DNA from: Lingula anatina
Lineage: Eukaryota > Animalia > Brachiopoda
DNA: 64,000 nucleotides
Direction of reading: 5' to 3'
Assembly (NCBI GenBank): GCA_051362555.1
Contig: CM120642.1
Span: 26,598,001-26,662,000, forward strand
Shown here: positions 37,859 to 49,924 of the stretch, one piece after another
Layout: the number at the start of each line of letters is the position of its first letter
Position numbering within the stretch: the first letter of the stretch is position 1
Program-made: the position numbers and the translations under genes
Notes under the pieces: model-generated
Seen by the model: only the letters and a program-made list of their open reading frames with translations
What the model was told of the DNA's origin: nothing
Database searches by the model: none

Positions 37859-39082
37859 CTTCTTCGTGGGAAGTAGACCTATGTGGAATAATCAATGTGC
37901 TTAGGTAGACTGAATGCCGAATACCGAATACCTGGACTTAACAGCTATTACTATTATCCAGATTATCCGATCCGTAAATTAGGTCATTTGGAGAGGGGGG
38001 AGAGGGGGATCAAGTCAACAGAACCTTCCCGCGACAAGTATATATATTATGATAAGCGCGCTACACACAGACATGTAAAAATTCAAGTTACGCCGAACAC
38101 TCTAACCGCCATCTGTCTTTGGTATTCATATGCGTAAAAACAAATACCACACTATTTCTGAATTTATTTGTCTTTTCGTAACGGTTTAAGTTGGCGTTAA
38201 TAAGTTGTGCAATGACTTAGATGAAAGGCCTTTGCTTGTTGAAAGGTGATTTCTCAATTCCAAGAACTGATTATTGATGCCCCTTTTACATCGCAAACTA
38301 CAAATAGCATGCTATTTACAAAGAATGCCCATGTCAAAAAAACCTAATAGACCGAAAGAACGTCACCTTACCTGCGACTGGATCTTGTGTCTTGCCACAC
38401 CAAATCGGTTGCCCCAGTTCTTTTCAACACGTAAATCAATACAGCGTTGTCGCAGTGCATGCGCACTTCCAGCTCCCCGAACACCGCAGAATGTTGTGAA
38501 AGTAGACAACAATGCCGCTGGTGCAGTTCGGCTCTTAAATAAATAGCTTTATACAACGTGTTTAGCTTTCCCTAACTGTGTCACGGTCTTAAACCGTGTC
38601 CTTTAATTCCCATTTGACCCGGGCACTTAGTCATCACCCTGAATAGTGCTACTGCGCGCAAAGTTATGCCTTTTAAAAAATGTTTATGGAAGAGCATAGA
38701 CTGAACCACTTATTACCAAAAGTTAAAAATCATTTGCATTCTCTGAGACACTCTCAGAACTTTTTATTTCTTAGAATGATTAGATCTGCAAATCTCATGG
38801 GCCTCAGAAATTTTAATGTACAAAGTTTAAACCATTTAAAAGAAACTGATTGATCTTATATATTGATAATTGCACCATATTATGTTGTTGAACCATTTTG
38901 ATTGATTTATTATTTTGATATTGATTGAATTTTTTATGCTATAGAACGATTTTAAAGAAGCAGCTCTGATTTAATATTATAATTAGAAAATTATTTTATG
39001 TTGTAATGTCATAATGTTTTAGTATTTGTATCACTCTTTTGTACATTACATGTAATATTCAACTTTTTGTTGCAAGAATAAA

Positions 39083-39083
<1 letters not shown>

Positions 39084-39114
<31 letters not shown>
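39084..39114. repeat. (ATT)n microsatellite
   Basis: Direct reading. Confidence 0.85.
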
Positions 39115-39115
<1 letters not shown>

Positions 39116-42100
39116 ATGATAAACCGAACACGGTCTAATAAGACATATCTCACTATCTGATTGCGACTTCCAGAGTAATTTTTCTTTGTTTTGTTAGACG
39201 TAGGTCTGTCTTTCAGATTATTCAGAATAAACTTTTACAGCATTGCACCAATGCCATTCCTGTCAACTGTATCTACGTTGTTTAGAAAACATGGGTTGAG
39301 ATGACACTAATATTGATGAAATTAAAAATAAATTATTTTTGGGAAAAACGAACCTGGTCTTGTATTTGTAGGGTTGCTCCACTATGGGTTGCCATCCATT
39401 CAAACCGCAAAATCTCACATTTGCGTAAATTATATATGTATAGTGCGTAATCTTGAAATATCAGTTGAAGTACCTAGATATGTCTGACGACACGCTATGC
39501 TGAGGTTACAATTTTCTGACCTTGGCCTAATAGTTTTTTATCAAGTGGAAATGGGGGGGGGGGGGGAGGGAAGACAGGTGACGCCGAGATGCAATGAGAC
39601 TGGCTTCACAAAAAATTATAAGTCAAAATAAAGATGGTCGTAGATAATCTAAAAGTCTTAAGTTGATCTCAAGTTTAAGACTATCTTAAGTCGATCTTAA
39701 CGTTTTGTCCACTTCGGCCAAATCTGTGGTAGTGGTATAAGTAGAAGTAGTCCTCTTAAATGAGGATATTGGCTTGTTTCATGCAAGGTAAGAAATGGCT
39801 TATATTACTCGTGTTTCTCATCGATAGTTGCTATATATTTATTTTGGTATATTATGGTCTTTAGGGCCAACTGTCAACTGACATTCTTTGAGGCTTGTCA
39901 CACAAAAGAGCATAAGTTGGAAATCGGTCTGATTTGCGACTGCCATGAAGCTGCACTTAACGAAATTTTAAAAAGGCCGATATTTTTGATATTAAAATAT
40001 TTTAAGATTTTCCCTGTCGGTTTTCACTAGACTTTCGGAAGGTACAATTCATGTTTCAAACCTTACGTATATTTACTGGCATTTTACTATTCGAAAATAT
40101 CTCTTTAATAAATGAAATCGACAAAGACATAAGATGGTCATACAGCAGACATCTCTTTTCCCCTCTGTTTGGCGTGTTATGCATCGCAGCGCATGTAAAA
40201 TGATATTACTATGAGTGAGACATGCTTTGGCGTAATTCTCTTACAATCCGCGTTACTGTGGGTTACTGTTGAGGCACGAGTGCCCGAACTTGCCTCTTAG
40301 TTTATAACACCACAAAATTTCGACTCTGCCCGCCGAGCACAGTCCACTTTACAAACTTAACATATTGCGACTCGCGTCTAAATGACGTGTTTAATTTCAT
40401 ATGTATATTGTTCTGGATCCCTTCCATTTATATGCCCAAAAGACTACCTCTTATACAAATCTCCAGATGATGGGAGAACAAGATAGCATAATAACAGACC
40501 TCCACACTGCCATATCATATATATTATTTCACTACTCTATACAAGTAGAGAGGCCAGCTGAGGGGTGAAATAAATACCATGCATAAATTGTCTCTCAGTA
40601 GAGAAAAGTGCATGCAATTAGCCAGAGACATACCTGTGAATATCTCGGGGAGGGGGGGGGGGGCGAACTGGTAGAGGGCAGTGTATCACGGCAGTGAAAG
40701 TTAATCGTAGATATTGTCAAATCATGTTGTCAATAAGGCTATTATTATTTTTGTCCACAAATCAAAAGCAGTATAATTTGTCCTTTTTAAAATATCCATT
40801 TCTAAAATTTAGAAAATAAAACACCAAACTGTTTTGCTGAAAATGAAAGGTTGACATTCCTGAAATCAACTTCCAAATGAACTAACATTTTAATGTCTAA
40901 CTTCTACTTACACCTCAATCAATGAAACAGTCAAGGTAACCTTTGGGTGAAAAAAAAAACTGTTCGTTTTTCCTAACCCGCGATCAAGATCACTACAAAA
41001 AACAGTCGAAAAACAGCGTGACGGTAACAACTTCTTGGATAGCTTCCTTCCATTGCACAGCCATCTTGGTCTTTTCAAGTTAACCCATGCAGTAATAATG
41101 TTACCCTTATGCTATCACCGATTTCTGACATATTCGCCGAGCCCGAACATCCAGTTATTCACACATTTAATTTACGAATAAAATGTTTAAGTTGAAATGA
41201 GCATGTCAGTCCAAACTTTCTAAATAACCCTGCCTAGTGAAACACAGAAATGTCCAATATATGAAATATGCCTCACTAGGATATCTCCCACCTTTTATCG
41301 AAATGTTTTCCCTGCAGAGTTCCCAAAATCCCAAACTACCATAACAAAGAAAAGTGAAAGTCCTAAAGGCTTTGGTATACGTATTGGAAATTGTGCCATA
41401 ATGTTTCCATGTCTGCATACACTGCAAAATTAAATTCTCTTTCCCAATTCGAACTTTAAAAACTATAAAGCCCCCCCCCCCCCCTCCCAAAAACTGCCCT
41501 TGACATTTCCTTGTGGAAAGTTTACAGGAAGGCAAGGCGGTCTAACTGGCTGGCTAGTTATTTAGAACCAAATTATCAAAATATTAGAAATGATATAAAA
41601 TATCGCATCCAAGTGAAGAAGGGGAGAGCAACAATTCCAGAGTACTAGTAGGTGAAATCTGCATATTTTTAGACAGGAAATTTGATTTGTGTGTTAACTT
41701 TCTGGATAGGATACGTTAAAGTAAGTTTACTTCATAATTTCCTTACATTTATAACTTTTATCAAATTTAATTTTATTTCTTTTCTTCACTTTTTGATATT
41801 TTTTATGACCTCATTAAAGCATTTTGTATCTGTAAATTCAATTTATTATTACAGTTTGCGTCCAACATTGTATGCAAATAAATCTTATCATTATTAAAAA
41901 TTTTCATGATAAGGTGCTGTTGCAAATTGAAGGACTCTCTCCTTAATTGTGTGCCCAAGACACTACTCATATCACCATCATTTAATCACTTTCATTTTCC
42001 AGAGACTGAGTGAGGTAGAATCCCCTGTAGATGTGCAACAAAGATGGAAAACAATGTTCCAATACTGTGTACAGTATAACATCTTAAAATATCTTTAGCT

Positions 42101-42345
42101 GGATAAGATTAGACCTTACTTAAGGTATACTGTCTTCTGGATCTTGTTTAAGGGCTCCACACTGTGCGGAAACAAACATATTGTACACCACAGCTGATCC
42201 AATTTAACTGTTAAACACATGGCATGTTGAAGCCACAAGGTTGAAGCAGCATTCATAGAAAATATGTTAAACATCTTTCAACCCATAAGAAATATTCCAC
42301 TGAGATTTTCTGCAATTTTTTTAATGGAAGTCACAAAAGCTGGCA

Positions 42346-43464
42346 TCATTTGTAGGGAGAAGAATAATATTCCTCTTCTAACTCGTACAAATCAGCTGCC
42401 ATGTCGTCCCTGAGGAGCAACAGTTTATTGTCACATTCAGTCTGGGCCTGTTTGTACACTTGGGAATTCTTGGTAATTGCTTCATTCACAGAGGTAAAGT
42501 CATTCAGGATGAGAAACTGCTTTATGTCCGAGACGAGCTTCATGAGAGATTCCCCAGCACGTACCTGAAACAAAGATAGGAATATAGTTGTACATAAATG
42601 ATTTAAGTGCAGATTGTACATTAATTCAGAATGCAGTCAATATAAATGCAATACTAAGATTATGCAAATATTTCATTTCATAATTTTTTTATTGTTCAAT
42701 ATATTGTGCAAACAGGAGTGGCAGTGGAAATGCTACATAATTTTTTCCACCCATCGATTTTAAATTTATATCTTTATCATTCATAGACCTTTTCATCTGG
42801 ACTTACAATATTAGCTGCCCTAACTTGCATCTCATACTGGTCCTGCTCAGCTTGGGTAGGTCTTGATATCTGGTTGGTCTCCTCTATCTGGATTGTATAA
42901 AGAAGTTTGGTATTATTTTCACCAATTTGTTCATTTATATAAATTCATTGCAGTAAGAGAGCATTTTACACTAATTATGACCTAAAAGGAATAATGTACA
43001 TTACCTCAATCATATATTACAATGACAGTATGTATTTTATAAAGTCTCTTAAGGTTCATCAGCTTCAAGTGTGCAAACATATAATTTGCAATTTGCACTC
43101 TGGTGAAATTATAACTTTTCAGTGTTATTGGACTTTGAGTAAAAAGCACCAAGAGTGACAACATTTCATAAAGGTCATCAAGCAATTATGATCATCCTTG
43201 TAGTCACAAATAAATATTACAGATTAAATGCAAGAGAGGCCAACGTCTTATAATTGTGCTAAGGTTAATTTTTTTTTTTTTGCTTTTTTTAACATCTGCC
43301 TTCTTTTGACCTATGTGAGGCAATGTCCTTACCCTTGCACTTTTGATCATTTCCATAAAGTTTTCCACCATTGATTTAATGTCATCCTTTAACCTCTTCT
43401 GGTAGGACTTCAGCAAGGCTTCCTTGCTTTGGGGCAGAGCTCTCTGCTGCTGGTTTTGTGACAT
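42346..43464 (-). CDS. MED22: Mediator complex subunit 22 (Surfeit 5)
   Basis: Exons 43464-43333, 42887-42807, 42564-42346. Motifs [76 protein letters not shown]. 5'UTR exon donor at ~43752. Confidence 0.96.
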
Positions 43465-43751
43465 TGCTGTACTTATTACAATAAGTTGTTACCAAATGTC
43501 GGTGATTCTGAAAGAATATATGTTAATTGAATGAAATATTCACCATACAGCCTTTTGAAACAGGTTTTACAGTGCCTACATATCAGTAACAATCAAAGAA
43601 GCTCCACTTACACCGACTTGTCTACAAAGGAAATATTTAATCTAAGCCACGGGAAATGAACGATCTTTATGCAAGGTACACAAATCATATAGTTAAGAGA
43701 TGCATTAACTTTTTTCGTGTTTTGTACAAATAACTGTATATATATCTTACC

Positions 43752-43852
43752 GAATTTTTATCATTTCCCCGGCTAAATGCTACGCGACACTTTACAGGAA
43801 GCACTTGCCTACCCACAATGCCCTCAACTTCCTCTTTCAGGCTAACAAGATG
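43752..43852. promoter_or_regulatory. Compact bidirectional promoter shared by MED22 and RPL7A, with ZNF143(Staf)-like motif and 5' TOP tract
   Basis: MED22 first-exon donor at 43752 (minus strand) and RPL7A ATG at 43850 are only ~100 bp apart. ETS-like CAGGAAG ~43796; TACCCACAATGCCC 43810-43823 (ZNF143 consensus-like); polypyrimidine CTTCCTCTTTC 43828-43838 (TOP/TCT initiator). Confidence 0.75.
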
Positions 43853-46800
43853 GTGGGTGCAATCTCAAAAATATAACATGTGTAAATCCATTGAAATCTC
43901 CCCGAAAAACATAAATCCATCACTAGATCGCACAAGAAAATGTTTATAATAGAATATGCTGTTTATTTATGAGTTCATATTGTCCCTGTTTGTTGTTCAA
44001 TACTGAAAATCGAACACATTGTGCATGTGTCCCCGACTTCATGCAGATAGCGAGCTTCATTGTAAACCCTTTAATGATTTTAGCCGAAACCGAAGAAGGG
44101 CAAGAAGAAGGTAGCCGCTGCGCCCTTAGTGGCAAAGAAGACCGAGCCCAAAAAGGTGGTCAACCCACTTTTTGAGAAGAGGGCCAAGAACTTCGGAATA
44201 GGTAACGGAGCACAGCTTTAAATTGCAGCGTTAGGTTTTCATACATCTCACTACTAGCTTTATTTTATCCCCTAAAAGACAGTTAGAAATAGCAGTAAAC
44301 AAGGTTAAATGGATATTATCCTTTCCAAAAAATATGGTTGCCAACTGCTTTGCTCTTGACAACGACAACTATATTAGTTAAATGTTTGATGTGTGATAAC
44401 TATTGCCAGAGATTACAACTTAAAGAATAATTTGATTGACACACAAATGTGTGATATAAGGTTTTATTTCAACAATGTATTTGAGTATAAAATTAGTGCC
44501 AGTGCTATGAGGAAAAGAAATATTTGCTATCTGAACAGCATGATGTTAAAAAATCTACCACCTAGATCTCTGAGCACAACATGATGACTGAAACCCATAT
44601 TTTAGATGTCATTTTTAACACTAGTACATTTTAGTAGACATCAAGTAACACAATCATTCTTCCCTCCCTAGGTCAAGACATCCAGCCCAAACGTGACTTG
44701 AGTCGCTTTGTAAGATGGCCAAAATACATCCGTCTCCAGAGACAGAAGGCCATCCTCCAGCAGAGACTGAAGGTCCCTCCTTCCATCAACCAGTTTAAAC
44801 AGGCCTTGGACAGGCAGACAGGTATGGTTGTGAACAGGGGTTTCCCCCAGAATTTAGGGTGCATGGAGTCCAAAATGTGCATCTGTAATTTGGTCATGAA
44901 TTTACAGGAATCCCTACCCAAGCAATCCCAACCAACCAATTCGTCATTTCCCCAAAAAATTAGTGAGTCATCCAGCTGTCTTTGGAGGCCAGTGACCCTC
45001 CTCATGACGGCTGAATGGCTGTCTGGGGAAAGCCTTGGTTGTTAATGAAAAATACTGTAAGCATTAGTGGCTTTTTAATTGTGCAAAGCCATATCTGTCT
45101 GTTTTTTGATTCAGTATTGGATTGCCATTATGTGTGGGCTGTTTTACAAAAGAACTTATGTCTGAAAATAGTTTAGACCAGAATTTTTCTCTACTTTGAT
45201 TGAATAAAACGGTGATAGTTCAATTAAATGAAATATTGCACTGGTTTCATGGCTGATGTTTGTGGCTTGTTGTCACTTTATGCAAATGTTCTACTTTGAG
45301 ATAATGTAGGAGATTAGATCAATATCTTGGTTTAAAATCGGGCAGATTCTAAACCCATTTTGTGAAACTAAGATTTGCCTAAATCGGAATTTGTTCTTCT
45401 TCGGTCCAAAATGAATTTGTAGTTATCCACTTTGGAGATGGTGAACCTGTTCTCTCTTTACTAAGTGATGTGCTATAAAGTAGTCGGCTCTCTGTGCAGT
45501 GATGACAGCTGATATTTGCTATCTGATGATTCTGATGTCAAAAAATCTACCACCTAGATCTCTGAGCACAGACAGTTTGATTAATTAAAAAGTCAAATGT
45601 ATGTAATAAAACTTAATATCTGAATTAAGGCATTGGTATATTTAAAGTTGGGCTAATTTGTTTGTGAGATGATGCAAAGTAGTTTTTTAGCCTTTGCAGT
45701 TTCTTCATTTTAAACTTGAAAGATTTTATTTGACACTCCTTGCTGTACTCCCTGTCCCCAATGCCCTTTCGGTAAGGAGACCATGTTTTGTGCACATTGC
45801 TCTAGGCGAGTCTCATTTGACAACCAAAACATTATTTATCCCCAACATTTGTATGTATATTGCAGCCACACAGCTGTTCAGGCTGATGGACAAGTACAGG
45901 CCAGAGACCAAGCAGCAGAGAAAGCAGCGTCTGCAGGCTAGAGCTGAGGAGAGAGTGAAGGGCAAGGACGACACCCCCACCAAACGTCCCCCCGTGGTCA
46001 GGTCTGGGGTGAACACAGTGACCACCCTCATTGAACAGAAGAAGGCACAGCTTGTGGTCATCGCACACGATGTGGAGCCAATTGAAGTGAGTTGAACTTT
46101 TAATGTGCCAGATGTGGTGTTGTAAGCAGTTGTAATGTTGTTGGCTTTGAAGAAATTGTGTTTGCGATGATGTGAAAAGAATTTCTTCACCTGATTACTA
46201 ACATGAAGTTGATTAGACCCTGAGCAAATGCACTTCAGCATGTCTGTATCAGTGAATAGCTTTTCTATATATATGTAACTTTATGTTGAAATTCACACCA
46301 TTATCTTCCAGATTGTCCTGTTCCTCCCAGCATTGTGTCGCAAGATGGCTGTTCCATACTGCATTGTGAAAGGCAAGGCAAGGCTCGGGCGTGTTGTTCA
46401 CAGGAAAACCTGTTCATGTTTAGCATTGACTTTGGTCAACCCGTAAGTTCCATTTTATCCTTCCCCTGTTTCTCTTGCGTTGTTTGTATTAGATGCTTAT
46501 TAGTGGAAGATACAAGCTGTTATTTTTCGAAGTAGTTGAATTATTATTGGATGAAAATATGTAACAAATGACATTTAAAAAATATTTGTGAAGGAAATTA
46601 ATGTGTCAGGCAGTTGGTGATGATGAAGACTTCTTGCCATCATTCGCGGTTTCCACCAGAGACAGTCAGTCTCTCAGACTGTCAGAGATGGTTTTAGTCC
46701 TTCCTTGGAAGTCTGAGCCAACACAAGTTTTGAATTTGTTGAATGCTTTGAGTGTTTTTTTAGATTGATGAAAATAGATAAAGGGGAAAGTAACAAAGAC

Positions 46801-47463
46801 CTAAACTAAAAGCAGATTTAAAAGAATTTTTGATTCATATTTTGTGTATTTTTGAGTATGGAAAATTCATATGTGTTACAGAGAGGACAAATCTGCCCTA
46901 AACAAGTTGATTGATGCTGTGAAGACCAACTTCAATGAGAGAGGCGATGAGGTAGGTCTAAGAATTCAATGCATTTGTAAACTTCAGTTGATATTAAGTT
47001 CTAAAAACTTGTGCTGTACTGCTCTCTTTAATGTCCAAGTGCAGAATTAAAGCTAAATTAAGGATTTAATTGGAAAATTCTTGAAATGTGTTGGCTGTGA
47101 TGAAGACTTTTTGCCACCATTCGCGGTTTCCACCAGAGACGATCTTTTGATTGTTGAAGATGGTCCTAGTCCTTCCTTGGAAGTCTGAGCTAACACATGA
47201 AATCATTTTATCTTTCTCTCAAAGTGATGAAGTCTTTTTTGATTTGTGAATACAAGAAAAGTGGTTCTCAAAATGTGGCATTTCAGATTAAGTTGAGCAT
47301 TTCCCAATGCAGTTACCATTTTTTGTGAAGTATTTCTAAAAAATTTATTTTTTTTCAGATTCGTCGCCATTGGGGAGGTGGAGTCATGGGAGCCAAGTCT
47401 CAAGCCAGAGTGGCTAAAATCGAGAAGGCCAAAGCCAAGGAATTGGCACAGAAAATGGGCTAA
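43850..47463 (+). CDS. RPL7A: 60S ribosomal protein L7a (eL8, Surfeit 3)
   Basis: Exons 43850-43852 (ATG only), 44084-44201, 44672-44821, 45866-46086, 46312-46442, 46882-46951, 47359-47463. Motifs [86 protein letters not shown] at ~47572. Confidence 0.98.
44502..44577 (+). ncRNA. SNORD24: Box C/D snoRNA U24 (SNORD24), copy 1 (RPL7A intron 2)
   Basis: Terminal stem GTGCT/AGCAC; variant box C ATGAGGA; guide ATATTTGCTA + D' (CTGA); C' ATGATG; guide CTACCACCTAGATCT + D box CTGA. Matches the U24 guides against 28S rRNA. Confidence 0.85.
45492..45571 (+). ncRNA. SNORD24: Box C/D snoRNA U24 (SNORD24), copy 2 (RPL7A intron 3)
   Basis: Stem CTGTGC/GCACAG; box C GTGATGA; same two guides as copy 1; box D CTGA. 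Confidence 0.9.
46161..46228 (+). ncRNA. SNORD36: Box C/D snoRNA U36 (SNORD36-like) (RPL7A intron 4)
   Basis: Stem TTTGC/GCAAA; box C ATGATGT; guide AAGAATTTCTTCAC + D' CTGA as in vertebrate U36C (complementary to 28S GUGAAGAAAUUC); box D CTGA. Confidence 0.85.
46613..46722 (+). ncRNA. SNORD14: Box C/D snoRNA U14 (SNORD14), copy 1 (RPL7A intron 5)
   Basis: Box C ATGATGA; domain A CATTCGCGGTTTCCACCAGA; domain B CCTTCCTTGGAAGT + box D CTGA; stem GTTGG/CCAAC. Confidence 0.9.
47086..47198 (+). ncRNA. SNORD14: Box C/D snoRNA U14 (SNORD14), copy 2 (RPL7A intron 6)
   Basis: Long terminal stem ATGTGTTGGCT/AGCTAACACAT; box C GTGATGA; identical domains A and B; box D CTGA. Confidence 0.9.
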
Positions 47464-48426
47464 AAAACAAACTGTCAAGCTTCTATCATTTAAAAACAAT
47501 GAATTGAAGACCGTCATTGACTGTAAAGCTACTTCATACAGAATTGCTGTAAAATATAAAAAAAGATGGATAATAAAAAAAATTGTGGAAAATATTTTCT
47601 TTTTTATTCAATCTTAAAATCCGTACTTAGACAATCAAAATTTCATCTAATTTTATGATAAATGGCAATGGGAGTGTACGTAACTTAAATTGAGATGCCC
47701 TTCACAAGTGTAGCAATACTGGACTTGGAGGAGGGGGGGGGGGGGGTGAAACGAATGGCTTGTGCTGTTTTTTTTAAGTTCTTTCACTTGATTGTCATTT
47801 CAAATCTGACAAACTCCTGAAGGGAAAATTGCCATAAAGAAAGCATAGTGGGTAGAATTTGCTATTTTCAAGAGGTTGGGACATGCACAGAGAAGCAGAT
47901 GTTTTGTTTACTGACATGCACACGTCAATGCCCTGCCCACGAACTGAGAAAATCTGACCCACCTTTAACACCATAGGTTCCTGCAGTTTATCGTTTTTTT
48001 AAACCACCCAATAGTAGATTCTTTTTTCTGACAAAATGCTTATTATTGATCCAGTGAAATATCCACTACAAAACGTTTTTAGTTGGTAATGCATTTAATA
48101 AATCATTTTCATATTACATAAAATACAGCGTTAATATTCATTAACTTTCTGTAGAAATGCCATCTGAATTTCTTTCCCGAAATTAAAAAAAAAAAGTATT
48201 TATTCATTTACAATTTTGCCATCAACAAGGATTTTGCAGCAAATTAAAAACAGTAACAATATGTGTGCTTTCACAAAAAAAAAGTACAACACCCTAAGGA
48301 ACCTTATGGCCACCTTGATATTTTCGGGGTTAACTGGAAACCCACATATCTCTTTATTAGCATACATAAGGTAATGCTAAACAAAGGATGGTGAGTGGTG
48401 AGTAACCATCAGTACTCTGAATCTAA

Positions 48427-48669
48427 GGCTTCGTTCACATGCAATGTCTATTTTCTATTTGCGCTATCTTATGATCACAGTCTGTGCCCTGAATATCCCG
48501 CCGCATAATTACTGGCAGCGCGAGCCAGTTACTTATAGTAACTTATAGTAACTGGCTCGCGCTGCCAGTAATTACGCCGCGGGATATTCAGGCCACAGAC
48601 CGTGATCATAAGACATACCGCAAATAGAAAATAGAATTTAGAAAATAGACATTGCATGTGAACGAAGCC
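48427..48669. mobile_element. Fold-back (fully palindromic) PIF/Harbinger-like MITE
   Basis: ~115-bp arms GGCTTCGTTCACATGCAATGTCTATTTTCTA...GCCAGTTAC and their near-perfect reverse complement; TAA target-site duplication on both sides. Confidence 0.85.
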
Positions 48670-49924
48670 TAAGGGTGATAAGCAAAATCAAACTGGGTAG
48701 TTGAAAAGAAAATTTAAGTCTCCTCATCAGTACTCTGAAACTAATGAGGCTTTAAGATACATTAAATAATATCTGAGCATTGACATTTTAAGAGGTAAAG
48801 CTTTCTATAGCTGCATTGCTTCACTACAGCACATGACCTGAAATGGACTACCCACTTCAAAAACTTTCAGTTCTGTGGATAAATACTCCCATTACCCTGC
48901 TACAACTAGCCCAATGTGTAGGACTTTTTTGATCATGCACATGCACAAAGATCATGATTCACAATACACACTTCCACACGTCTAATGCTAACAGCTTGTT
49001 ATTATGACAGTGGTCATGTTACAAATACAATGAATGATCTAGATTAATCAAAACAACTGCATAGTAAAACCCTATGTGTAATGGTATATGGTCTTAAGAA
49101 ACTAAATGACAATATTTCTGGGATTGAAAAATATTAAACCCTACTTAAGCACATGGAAAAGTTACATCTCATCCAAGCTTAAACAGGCAAAAGGCTAAAC
49201 CAGGCATTTAATAATAATAATAATAATTATTATTATTATTATTATTGTTATGCTCTTGATAGCATGTTACTGGCAAATTCCTAAAATAAATAAATCTTAA
49301 TATTGGCAGTTGGATAACAAAAGGCAAACTAACCTTGCTGGACAAAAGCACCTTGCCTTGTCTAAGTTACAATTATAACAATTATATAATTTATATATCA
49401 TATAACAATAAACGGAGTTCCATGGCAATTACTCCTTGGAGTATGATGTATCTATGCTCCATCATCTATGAACATATAATCTATTCTCTAGTTTATATAC
49501 TAGAGACATATACTGTATCATATGCTTAACTATCACAATATGCTAAACTGTCCAATTTGTGTAAAAGTATCACACCAATAAAACTGCTACCCTTGTGAGA
49601 TCTTTTTTAAACACGCATTAAACAATTTTTCGTAAAAACAGATAAGCATTTCCAACAATTCGTCCACATGAAACCTTCATAAAGCAATTATATACACTAG
49701 TCAGCATATTTAATTCTGGAAATTTCATATGTAATGACTCATCTTCACAAATGCCTAACTGTACCAGGATATGTGGATGTCATGAATATACAAGCCCATA
49801 ATTAAGATCAATTAAGTTTTTTTTATTTCAAAAAATTTTAGGAGTGACATATACAGGACCATGTTTTACAGCTTTGTCTGCTAGATTTCAAACATATTTT
49901 GTGCACTTCTCAAATTTTGATTCA

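Noticed and set aside
38000-41600. Short ORFs and isolated splice-donor/YY1-like motifs between the channel gene and MED22
   Set aside because: No coherent gene model or paired TIRs could be established by eye.
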